NCBI GenBank assembly: GCA_013115145.1
Contig: JAAPAO010000086.1
Location: 22,761 to 86,760, forward strand
DNA length: 64,000 nt
Origin: Perkinsus chesapeaki ATCC PRA-425
Lineage: Eukaryota > Protista > Perkinsozoa
Direction of reading: 5' to 3'
Shown: positions 12,332 to 22,700 of the stretch, piece by piece
Position numbering within the stretch: the first letter of the stretch is position 1
How the letters are laid out: every line of letters begins with the position of its first letter
The notes under the pieces: model-generated
The model's database searches: none
Seen by the model: only the letters and a program-made list of their open reading frames with translations
Told to the model about the DNA's origin: nothing
Made by a program: the position numbers and the translations under genes

Positions 12332-14233
12332 ATGTACGCCGACTTGTTCTTCATACTTAAGTTGAGGTATGCTGGAGAGTCACTACGGAGTCGATGCCCC
12401 TTTAGTAGCATCACTACTATTGCCGATATCTACAGGTAGCTATTTCATACCGACAATTCCGTACAGTTTTGACTATTAGTCTTATCGAAGAGGCTTGGCC
12501 AGCGCTGAAGACTGCCAAGTACACAGTACGGGTGCATGAGGGCAGGGACCTTGCCACCTACGACAAGAACGCCGCCACTTCCGCGTTGGTGAACAGCGAC
12601 TGTGGTGTGATGGTGGCTGGCTCACCGAGGGAAGTGCGCATGGACATTCAAGGTGGCCCTGATGTCACACCAATCAAGAACCGATCTTCGAGCCCTCCGA
12701 AGCCTATGGACGGTCATGAGGTCGCCGTGCTTCATCTGAACACATGTCATCACTGTGGTATGGGCCCCATTATCGGGAGATGGTATGAAATAGGGTTTGG
12801 ACCGCCGCTGCACAAAATCTGTCTCCTTTTGTCAGTTACAAATGTTCCACTTGCTCCGACTTTACCTTCTGTTCCCGTTGTTATGGCCGCCACGATCCAA
12901 GCCACACTCTCACTGTGGTCAGTACAGCTCTCGACGGCATGTGGGACAGTCGTGAGGTTGTCGCTGTGTGCAAGGACTTCCTCAATCTGGTTCGCAATAT
13001 GGGGGAGCCATGGCCTGGCGATCTCGTTAAGTAAGTCCCCCTTTCTCGTCCGTCCTGATGCCTACCTCAGGATCAAGGACCTCCAGCTGCCCGATCAAAA
13101 CGTGCCCCTTATGATAGGGGAGACGTTCCCGAAGGCTGACCCTCCTTCCAGAGAGGTGCAGCCTGGCCTGTGTAAAGATGGCTGCTCCTTTATAAGCTAC
13201 AGGATATTCTGTCATTGCTGCAGCAGTGCTGTCAGTAGAGCCAGACAGTACTACCCACCACGGTCTGCTCCCTATGCCATCCTGTCCCCTAGGTTGCGTT
13301 GTGACGGTCGAGCTGACATCAACCTCTGTGATTCCTGTTATCTCACTCATCGCACCGTGGCATTGAAACTTGCTAACAAATGCTCGAGGATCGTCACACC
13401 ATCGCTTTGGAATGATGGCAATGACGAGGCGGTTGAACTGGTGCACTATGGCTCTACCTGTGATGAGTGTGGGGTGTCCCCTATTGTGGGCCGGAGGTGA
13501 GGCTACTGCGTACATGATGAAAAGGAGACAGTTTTTGTGTCGTGGTATCGGTAGGTACAAGTGCAACTACTGTGCCGAGTACGAGCTATGCAATAGATGC
13601 TTCAAAGAGCCCGCCAACAAACAACATCGATTGGAGCATCTCTTCACTCTCATAGTCAGACCGGCCAAGCTTTGGACGGTGCACACGAAGGACCAGACTG
13701 GAACCCTCTTCAGTGAGATGCCCTGTGAGATGTGCGGCATCCATCCTCCGGGCGGGGCCAGGTAAAGTCATTGTCGTTTGGCCGTCGCCATCAGTGCCTT
13801 TCTGTGTAGGTATACCATTAAGTGCGATTGCAAGGCCCAGATGTGCTATGATTGCTATAAGGATGATTTACAAGGGCAAGCGGTCCTGTTGCGTGGGGAA
13901 TTCTTCGACTACCCGAACCCGGTGAGCATGCAGGCCAGCATGGACCGAGAAAGGCAGCGACTCATTTTAAAAAGTAACGTAGGAAATTAGGGCACTTTCG
14001 TCAGTGGCTTTTTAGACTCCTTTGCCTCCAACTTGCCTATTGGTCTGATGATGGACTCGACTAAGGGGAAGAGTAATAAAGAAGGGGCTCCCAAAGGAAG
14101 GGTAGTGAGCGTCTGCGTGCTACGGTAGTAGGGATTTACGGTACAGGTCATTTGGGCTGATGAGATGCCCCGTGAAGTTAAACCTCACCATAGGATTGTT
14201 CGGGCAAGCTGTGGGTGTGGTGGCCATCACTAG
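12332..14233 (+). CDS. PB1-like + 4x ZZ-type zinc finger protein, tandem paralogue C
   Basis: MYADLFFILKLRYAGESLRSRC|LIEEAWPAL. Fingers: CHHC..CSTC..CSRC..H..H; CHCC..CDSC; CDEC..CNYC..CNRC..H...H; CEMC..CYDC. Ends PKGR|VIWADEMPREVKPHHRIVRASCGCGGHH* (TAG 14231-14233). Confidence 0.85.
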
Positions 14234-14564
14234 GATCATTCATTAATAGCCGTAATGCAGTGTTATGGCCGAATAGGCCATGGTACGTACTAGCTCCTCG
14301 CTTCTTCTTCTTATTGAGTAGCTTGAAGCGTTAACGATTTTGCACTGGAGATGAGTAGTAGCATATTGCACTTACACAATGATTTCAGTTCTCCTAATGT
14401 TTCAATTAGCCTCTCTTTTGTTGGGTTACTAATACTTGGTCGATCGACGCTGGTGGGAGTGACCGCGCGCCACGCTATTCCTTCAGTGCCCCCTTGCTTA
14501 TACCGTACTTGCCCTTATCACCATTCATCCTCGTCGCTCAATAAAGCAGGCAAGCAGCGTGAGA

Positions 14565-15510
14565 ATGGAGTGGGCCTATGGCCTCCTGGCCTCCATCACT
14601 GCCTTTACTCTAACCTTCCTAGTCTATAATGTCTACTTCGTCATGGACCATAGACAGCAGGTCTTAGGTAGTGGGGTGTGGTGGGCATACTAGTGGGACT
14701 TTGGACGCAATTAGATTGTCACTTCTCCCGTAGTGTTGTAGAACTATACGTACGACCACTGAGGCCAGGGTCAGGGTTTTCGAATGGTATGAGGTTGGTG
14801 TCGAAACTCGTTGGCAGAGTCACACTGGAGTGGGTACAACCAGTTGCTCACAGTATGGCATTATAGTAGATATGGTACGGCTAACCAATCACTATATAGT
14901 TGAAGAATAGATCTCAAAGAGCTCGCAACTGGTGCTTCTCTCAAGGGTATGACTGTATTATTATCGCTCAGCAGTGCAATGGGTGACTTGACAGCGGGAA
15001 ATATGCCTACCGTGGTAGGAAGCTCTCCAAAGCGGCGACCTTAGCCTCATTTTTCCTCTTATTGACACCTTCTGAGAGCCGCTTAGCCCGCGTCTATCTA
15101 GCCTCCAATTCAGGCGGTACTGCAGGGGTGTGGGGGCTTCGGGAGTGGATGCTGGCAATGGCGTTTGATGTACCATGGCTGCTATGTTTAATCTGTTACC
15201 TTCGGTAAGCCAGCCCAGCTGCTCTCAACTTGGTAGTGCCAAGGCTTCTCTCTGTAGTGTATTGATGACTAAGCCTGGTAAGGTGCCCAGAAGGTGGACG
15301 GAATACGTCACTAAGAACTCTATACGGGTCAGCGTCACCGAGCAGTCCACATTCCAAGTGGGTGCTTGAATCCTTCCTACTGCTCTCACCAGTCCTTATC
15401 AGCCTCGAGCGTCATCTATTTGTGGTGCCTGTATGCGACATAGGCCTGAGAGAGCCCATCACTGCACTGTGTGTGGAGAGTGTGTCCTCCGCCATGATCA
15501 TCATGATTGA
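14565..15510 (+). pseudogene. DHHC palmitoyltransferase-like gene truncated at the catalytic motif (pseudogene or inactive variant)
   Basis: N-terminal TM segment MEWAYGLLASITAFTLTFLVYNVYFV; TM2 followed by WLLCLICYLRVLMTKPGKVP; Cys-rich domain ICGACMRHRPERAHHCTVCGECVLRHDHHD then TGA at 15508-15510. No PWxxNCVG follows. Confidence 0.65.
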
Positions 15511-15702
15511 GTCACTGGTAGGGCCTTTTCGGAAGCGCTGCGCTTACTCCCTAGAAAAATGTCGACTATCCATTACTCCTCCTCAGCTCACTTTCAATCT
15601 TCATCGGTTCGTCACGGGAAGTACTCACTAGTGCTTTGGTCCGAAAATTTGCCAGCTTCGCGCGGAGTTCTCGGAAAAATCTTCCCCTTACAATCCGATA
15701 AT

Positions 15703-16642
15703 ATGCGCATCTTTCAGCTAGTTGCCTTGATTCAGGTGCTTGCATTGGGTTCCGCAACCACAAGTTCTACGTACTATTCCTCTTCTACGGAGCCCTAGCC
15801 TCAACAGTCTTCCTCTTGCTCATCGTACCGCATCTCTCCATTCGAGTAGGAAGTATCAGAAAGTCCTTGTTGGCACCAATCCTGTAGATGATGTCCTCTG
15901 GTCCACAGGCCAGCTTCCTACCACTGTCGAGTGCAGCGTGTAGGACCATCGAGGCTTCCATAGCTATGGTTGCAGTAAGGACGATATCATCCCAGTCTCT
16001 CAGGCAGCCTGCTTTATCAGTTCCTAGCACTCCCTTACTTCTACTTCAATCTCCCTCTACAGTGCTCTCAGCTGTGCCGTAACGTCACGGCTCACGAGGC
16101 CGAATATGTCGCCACTAATCCTTATGATCTCGGCACTAGGGTGGCCAATGCGGCAGCTGTAACACCGGGAGGCCACGTGAGGCGGGACTCGGTTGCTTCA
16201 GGTTTTTGGGACGAGCTTTGGTCCGATGTTCTTGTACTGGTTGCTGCCAGTGGACCCTTGTCGTCCTGAGAGCGATGGTCTCTTCTATCCAGTAGCATCG
16301 AGCCCGGGGATGTCCACAGCTTGCTCGGTGGAGGATGGTGGTGGTATGGAGCATTCAATCCAGGCTCTATTAGGGAGAGCTCGTGGAGATACTAAACACA
16401 TAGATAGGTAGGCGAGGAGAAACATGAGACCGATAGAACCACTTTACTCCACCGTCATCGCTCACCGACGACTTTTGGCAGCCCGATTGCGACAGGCTGC
16501 TGCCAGGTGCTTCGGTGGCTTCATGACCGCTTCTAGGTTACTGGATCCGGACATGAAACACTTGATTACGAGCGGTAAAAGGAACTCTCTAGCTGCCATC
16601 GAGTTCCATGAGGATGCTGCTGACGAAACCACTCGACTGTGA
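15703..16642 (+). CDS. Hypothetical protein with signal-peptide-like N-terminus (multi-exon, model uncertain)
   Basis: ATG at 15703 gives MRIFQLVALIQVLALGSATTSS. Downstream there are open exon-like segments with GT/AG borders, ending ...IEFHEDAADETTRL* at 16642. Confidence 0.4.
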
Positions 16643-16811
16643 GCTCCTACATGCTCTCTTCACCTGCATCCCCCTTCCGCAGAGCCCCACCATCAAGAAG
16701 CTCCTCGTACTGCTCGACTTCATGCATACTGTGAGTGTTACTGTCATGTGGTTACTGTCATAAGTGCTGTCTTTACCATTATTTGATTTGCGTTGTCTAA
16801 CCATCACCGTT

Positions 16812-16833
16812 ACCGTAGCCTTTCCTGTTTTAC
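16812..16833 (+). promoter_or_regulatory. Possible relic spliced-leader sequence upstream of MMS19
   Basis: ACCGTAGCC at 16812-16820 equals the first 9 nt of the Perkinsus/dinoflagellate SL (ACCGTAGCCATCTTGGCTCAAG); 13 of 22 positions match over a 22-nt window ending 1 nt before the ATG. Confidence 0.3.
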
Positions 16834-16834
16834 A

Positions 16835-19645
16835 ATGGCAGCAAGTCCTGCTGCGGATGGGCGGCCAGAGTCGGATCCAGTGGCCTTGCTGACATCTAAA
16901 GGCATCGACCGATCAGAGCGTGCGGTAGCGCTATCGACTCTACTGATATCGATCAACAAGGGTCGCATGTCTCTGTTGGAGTTGGTCCAGCAGCTACAAA
17001 GCAAGCTGATCAGTGAAGACTCTGCCGTGAGAAGGCTTGCTGTCGAGCTCCTCTCTGACGTTGTGGAGCGGCTCCCGAAGCTACCCCTTGGTTCTATGCA
17101 AGTGAAGACCGTTGGACGCTTCTTTGTCGACAAGCTCGAGGACTGGGTGTGCATCGAGTTTGCCTTAAAGGGTCTCATCGGACTGCTGACCAACCACGGC
17201 CGTAAGCTGGCCAGGGTGAAGCTGACAACTGAAGAAGTCAACAAGGAGGCGGAGACCGATGACTACATTGGCATGCTTCTTACTGGTGATGAGCGGTTTG
17301 AAGACACTAACCGCGCTGAGGTGCCCGAGTTTCACTGTGAAATGTTCCTACACGTTATTATCAAACACGTACTGCTCTACGTAAATGCCCCTTCCCAGAG
17401 CCAACCGGTGCGGTATGCTGTCCTGCAGCTACTGGAGTTGATCCTAAATCAGCCAGAGCTCCGCGAACAAGTCATTGGGCAGGGAACAGTGGCGAAGGTG
17501 TTGGTCCAAGGTGTGGTTATGGAATGTGAAGATGAGAGGGATCCACGAAATCTGCTATTGGCATTCAAGGTGCAACACCACGCCCTCTGCTTTTATGCGG
17601 AGCATTTACAACGGCTTGAGGACGACAACAATGAGATGTCGGATGGTGGGTTCGAACCCGCGACTGAAATGGCCAACTACGCCCAAGTCGTCTTTGAGGC
17701 TGCCACTGTGTATTTTCCAGTGAAGTTCCAGCAACGTGACAGCGACTTAGCGGACATATCGCAGGAGCAGCTCAGTCGGGCGCTTTACAACGTTCTCTTC
17801 GAAACTGATGAGGCCATGGTCCGCCTGGCGATGCCCTTCCTGCTGGATGTCCTTGCCGATCCAGAAGACGAGCTCAGCATGCTAACCGCTCAGCGCTACA
17901 TCAGTGAGGCGATAATAACAAGCCCCTATAAAGCCTTCATTGCTAAGGAGTATTCTAGGCGAACGTTTTCCGTTTGCCTAGGGCAGGTCACCAAGGAAAC
18001 TGCCCCGTTGAAGTTCCTGCTGTGCGAGCTCTGGCTCGGCTTCGTCCGCGAGACTGGTGCTAAAAACTGCAGAGATGCGGTGGAGTCTCTACTCTTCATG
18101 TTTGCCAAGTCTCCAGAGTCCGACGATGATCCGAAGGCCGTAGGAGTCCAGCAGCTCCTCCTTGCCAGTGGTCGAGGCAGCTTCGAGCTCTATGATGAGA
18201 TCGTGAGACGTGCCTTTTTGCCTTCCCTATCATCTGACCACATTGTTGCTGAGGACACACATGCTGTTGTGGAGTTCTGTATGAAGTTTCTTAGCGAAGG
18301 AACGATATGCGATGAGGGACTTGCTGGCGAAGCCGCAGAGTGCCTTCTGAAACTGCCGCAAAAGGACATACAATCTGCGCTGGCAGCCGTGGTCCCGTCG
18401 TGCGCAGCTGACTGTACGGTGGTTAGTAAGGCCGCGAAGATGGCCATCACTCGACGATGGACTGGTGTTGTGAAGGCAGCCTACCCCAAGCATGCTAAGC
18501 TTACTCTGGAAGAGATAATTCCAACCCTGAAAGGATCTCAAGCTCAGACCGGCGATATGGCGTGTGCCGTTGTTGGCAAAGTGCTCCTAGATCACCCCAC
18601 TGAGGCGAAGGCGTTACTGGACACGGTTGATGTCATTGACGTCGCCAGATGGTCAGAATGGCCGGCTAACGCCAGCGACTTCCTGGTGGATTCCCTCCCC
18701 GATGTGGAGACCTGGCCGTGGCCCGTTATCGTTGCCAGCCCCATCCACGAAGGATCACTGGCCTCTCTGGCATCCAGGTTGGCAAGTGATAATCAAGCCA
18801 TGTGCCAAAAAGTGGTATCACTGGTCGAGTCGAATCCTCGACGATACGCCGGTCTCTTGGCTGACTTACCCGTGGAGATGTTGGCGAGTTGCCTAGTGGG
18901 TGACTGGGCGTCATTGTTCACATCAGTCGTGCTCGACCCTGCTGCGGCCCTCAAGGTCTTGGAGGCCTGCCCGGAAAGTGCCTTCGATACTTGTCTCGAT
19001 TCGGCTCTTAAGAAGGATGCCGAGCCTGTCATTTGGGCTACAGTTATGAGAGTCGGTATAAATAGGCATCGGGAGAAGGCTATAGAACTAGGGAAAGCTT
19101 CGATCACGATTCCGAGCCTGAAGCACCTTCTACATAGCACTACGGTTACACTCGATGAGCCCACAAAAAGCACTATAGTATCCGGTTTGCACGATGCTAC
19201 TGCAGACCGCGGGGTGGCAATGTGTTTGCTCAGCGCACTAGACACTGCCGACCTCGAGGCCTATGGTGATGAGCCACGGAGATTGATGTTGACCGGTCTG
19301 AAGGACAGAGGAGAGCCCTTCATCTTTGCTTGCAAGCTGTTAATGCGACTGTTATCTCGGCCGCTGCTTCGGGCAGACTCTCAGAGCATTATCCCTCCCT
19401 TGTGTGATGCGTTGGATGCTATGGACTGCCGAGCTTTGACATCGATTGCTGCTTGCCAATGCCTATATAGAATAGGAAGGATGAGCGAACTGGCCGAGCT
19501 CATACCAAAGGATTACTTCCAAAGGGTCTTCCACTCCCTCAAGGGACCCTTAGCCCACCACAAGATGGTCGTCAGACGGCAGGCGACCATTACCTATGGC
19601 GTCTGGATGTGCGCGCAAGTCGACGGATTCTGTGAACGACAATAA
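16835..19645 (+). CDS. MMS19: MMS19/MET18 cytosolic Fe-S assembly (CIA) targeting protein, HEAT-repeat; single exon
   Basis: Uninterrupted ORF of about 936 aa. N-terminal SLLELVQQLQSKLISEDSAVRRLAVELLSDVV, the signature EDERDPRNLLLAF and YFPVKF; C-terminal HEAT-like helix ending VVRRQA. Confidence 0.9.
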   Translation: MAASPAADGRPESDPVALLTSKGIDRSERAVALSTLLISINKGRMSLLELVQQLQSKLISEDSAVRRLAVELLSDVVERLPKLPLGSMQVKTVGRFFVDKLEDWVCIEFALKGLIGLLTNHGRKLARVKLTTEEVNKEAETDDYIGMLLTGDERFEDTNRAEVPEFHCEMFLHVIIKHVLLYVNAPSQSQPVRYAVLQLLELILNQPELREQVIGQGTVAKVLVQGVVMECEDERDPRNLLLAFKVQHHALCFYAEHLQRLEDDNNEMSDGGFEPATEMANYAQVVFEAATVYFPVKFQQRDSDLADISQEQLSRALYNVLFETDEAMVRLAMPFLLDVLADPEDELSMLTAQRYISEAIITSPYKAFIAKEYSRRTFSVCLGQVTKETAPLKFLLCELWLGFVRETGAKNCRDAVESLLFMFAKSPESDDDPKAVGVQQLLLASGRGSFELYDEIVRRAFLPSLSSDHIVAEDTHAVVEFCMKFLSEGTICDEGLAGEAAECLLKLPQKDIQSALAAVVPSCAADCTVVSKAAKMAITRRWTGVVKAAYPKHAKLTLEEIIPTLKGSQAQTGDMACAVVGKVLLDHPTEAKALLDTVDVIDVARWSEWPANASDFLVDSLPDVETWPWPVIVASPIHEGSLASLASRLASDNQAMCQKVVSLVESNPRRYAGLLADLPVEMLASCLVGDWASLFTSVVLDPAAALKVLEACPESAFDTCLDSALKKDAEPVIWATVMRVGINRHREKAIELGKASITIPSLKHLLHSTTVTLDEPTKSTIVSGLHDATADRGVAMCLLSALDTADLEAYGDEPRRLMLTGLKDRGEPFIFACKLLMRLLSRPLLRADSQSIIPPLCDALDAMDCRALTSIAACQCLYRIGRMSELAELIPKDYFQRVFHSLKGPLAHHKMVVRRQATITYGVWMCAQVDGFCERQ

Positions 19646-19731
19646 TTTCCCTGTAGAGTTTCCCTTCTGCAGTGCGTTTGTTGTGTTGTTAATTTATCGA
19701 CCATGAACACACTACAGTGCCCACTAATGAC

Positions 19732-22700
19732 ATGGCCCATCCATTCAACGTGAGGCTCGAAAAAGCGCAAGAGCTAGCGGCTAAGGTGGTCGCACGCCCC
19801 CCTTTACCAACTTATGAACGTGACACTATAGGTGATCACCGAGCAAACTCCCATACCTCTCGAGGCAGCAACGGTTCTCAGTCGTGACCCACGTACTACT
19901 AGAACAAGAGTAGAGCTCTCCGAAGGTGAAGGGTTGACCGTTGCTGCGTAGATGCCACTCCATTCAGTCGTAACATTTCTCTGCACGGAAGCTGCTAGGC
20001 CTCGAAGCCCGCCCATCCCCGTGTTCCGAGCCCTCGGAGCTTGCGATGAGGATCGGCTCCTGGAGATTGCGGAACGACTACGGCTGCTCTGGTGAGAGAG
20101 CTTCCTATTCTATCCCATCTGATAGCCTGCCTCAGCTTCCCAGCTAACACTATTGCCATCGACACCAAGGATCCTCGACCGTTCCTTTGGGTGCTTTCGG
20201 GCGGCTTTTACAAGCGAGTGAGGTATGGTATGAATCCTAAGGACCATGCCGCTAAACAAGGAGGAAAGGATACCAGTTCGAAGGAGCCTCATCAATACAT
20301 GGTGCGTTCGAGATAGGCGACGCATCAACCGAAGTTGCATTAGGCACTCAGCGAGCACGGTCCAGGGGAAACATGCTATTCGCTGGCACATATCTCGGCA
20401 GAACCCGCGAATGCTCCTGTCGACCGGAGCTCAAGCGTGAAATCAGACGCCGGTGGCAGCTGGGCTTACGGTGGGGTATCATAATCTCTGCTGGAAGTAC
20501 CCTTCGATCAGATCATACATGGGACCATCAGCTCGTGACAGCTTCCGACGTGCCTCACACTTTCTGTCTCGTTCTGCTGCGTGAAGACTACATTGAGCTA
20601 GTACGCGATAAAGAGTTGAAGGTAGGGTGGTAGCAAAGTGACTGAGGCCCAAACCATGGCGGTCAGGCGCTGAGGGACCTGGCGCAATCGATGCTTCAGC
20701 CGGGCTTCCTTCCGCCAGAGGAGTCCAAGCTAGAGCGTGCGGTTGACATCCTGAGCCTAGGAAACTGGCGTCGAGTGAGACCGATAGTCGGGCACCATCA
20801 CGCAGAGAAATAATCAGTTTCAACGAGGCCAGACTGTGGTTCGACAAGGCTGCCGTTTAAGCAAGATCTATATGATAGTCAGCGGCGCTTGTGAGGTGCT
20901 TACATCCGAAGAGTCGACGAATTGCGTAAACACGGTTTCGAAAGAAAGTGGGTTAGTACACTCAGTCGGCATGATGGTACTGGTTCAGCTCGAGGAGAGA
21001 GATTGATCGAGAAAGACCGCACAAGGAAAACGCTGCAAGTGTTGGCAAGCCCTGCTTACAACACATCGGCACACAAACGAAGGCCGCTCCGTCCGCGGCG
21101 GCAGGAAACCGTCGTCAGTAGGGAGTCTGCTGCCCATATTCTTTACCGATGTATCGTTTAGGCGTTCTCCAATCCGGTGCTTTAGTTTGCCAAGAATGCC
21201 TCCTCTCTGTATTTTCTACTTCATCGCCAAGCTCATACGCATGTCGTTCCGATCCTACCGCACTTGGCAATCATTTCAAGGTGGCAGCGTACTCACCTCA
21301 GTAGGGGTTCATGTTCATTAGGACCTACTTCGTTCCCCTTGTTCGGGCTACATTCGAAGCGCGTTCACCCTGCGCGCGGCTCGCTTAGGCCACAGCCCTC
21401 TGAGCGAGGGGGCCACTTTGCTCGAGCTCGACGTCTCTTTATGGCACAGGCTCGCCAAGGTTAGAGCAGCTCAGAATTCAGTCTCATAGGAGTCTCCTTG
21501 GTAGATCCACTTCGGTGACATTTCCAAGGATGGCCAGGACGCCCTCGAACAGGAACTAGTGCAGGTTTTCTACGAGCGCCAAAATAGGCTCTGTCGAATG
21601 AAGAAATCGCGTAAGCTTCATGCTGCACCGCTGTGGACAAGCACTCGGTCGATAGGTCTGGAAGCTGCGTGTGATAGCCGGATCCAACAGGCCAAGCTGA
21701 TGAGGCAGCGACGGAAAAAACTGTGAGTATCTCTATTCAGTGCGATAGCTATGCTCCTTTGTTAGGCTTCATGAACAGGGCGGAGTCCGTGAGCAGTCAG
21801 GTATACTGCTGAAGCTTGAAGACGCTAAGACCCTGTTTGTATAGATTCTGCCACCTCCGACTCTGACAGCTCGGATACTAAGCCGAAGCTGCCATCTATG
21901 GAAGGATTGGTGTGTTTGAGATGTGGGTTGGCTTTCTCGATGGACTTCCCCACGTGTCATCTCAGTTCATTCGAGAGGGCCAGATCAAGAGCTAACGCCG
22001 GCGATGGAGAGGACTCTAGAGTGCTCTTACCAAGGGCGTGCCTCTCACCCTAGACGTGCCTCGCAGGTTCTTCCGCGCTAACTCCTACAAGAATGCCGTC
22101 AAGAAGCTAATGCATCGAATGGAAGAAAAGCGCGCCGCGTTGAACAATAATCCGCAACCGTTCAATCCGATCACCCAGGAGGAGCAGAAGGCAGCTGAAC
22201 GATTCGGCCGACTGCCCCTGGAGAAAAGGGTAGGGACACAAGCCAATTATGAAGGATGATAGCCTTGCTCCATCTAGGCCGCTATAAGAAGCATCCAGCA
22301 GGCGAAGCATGCACTAGAGCCACGAGCAATACCGGCTATTATGGACGCGCCAAGGCTGAGGGCCGTTCATGCCGCACAAGCGACAACCTTCATGACAGAG
22401 GACCCGTCACTATACGCAGATATAAGCCGGTGAGGATCAACGCTTAGCCATACTGTGAGAGCATTTACTCAGAGACAAGTTGAGCGGAGTAGGCTCCCTA
22501 GACGGCAGCAAGTCTATTGAAGACGAGGTGGACAGAAAACTGGTGAGAAAGCGGCCTGCCACCGCAGTTGGGGAGGTTATCTGCTGTCCTTGCTCACATA
22601 CTCTTCGCCCGCTGTCCACTAAGTCTTTGTCTATCTCTGTCATTATTTTTTATACATAAGTTCATTCGTCGCTGCTTAGGAGAGGAGTTATTCAAAGCTC

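Noticed and set aside
14961-15176. Minus-strand 71-aa ORF
   Set aside because: Antisense shadow of the DHHC-like exons and introns.
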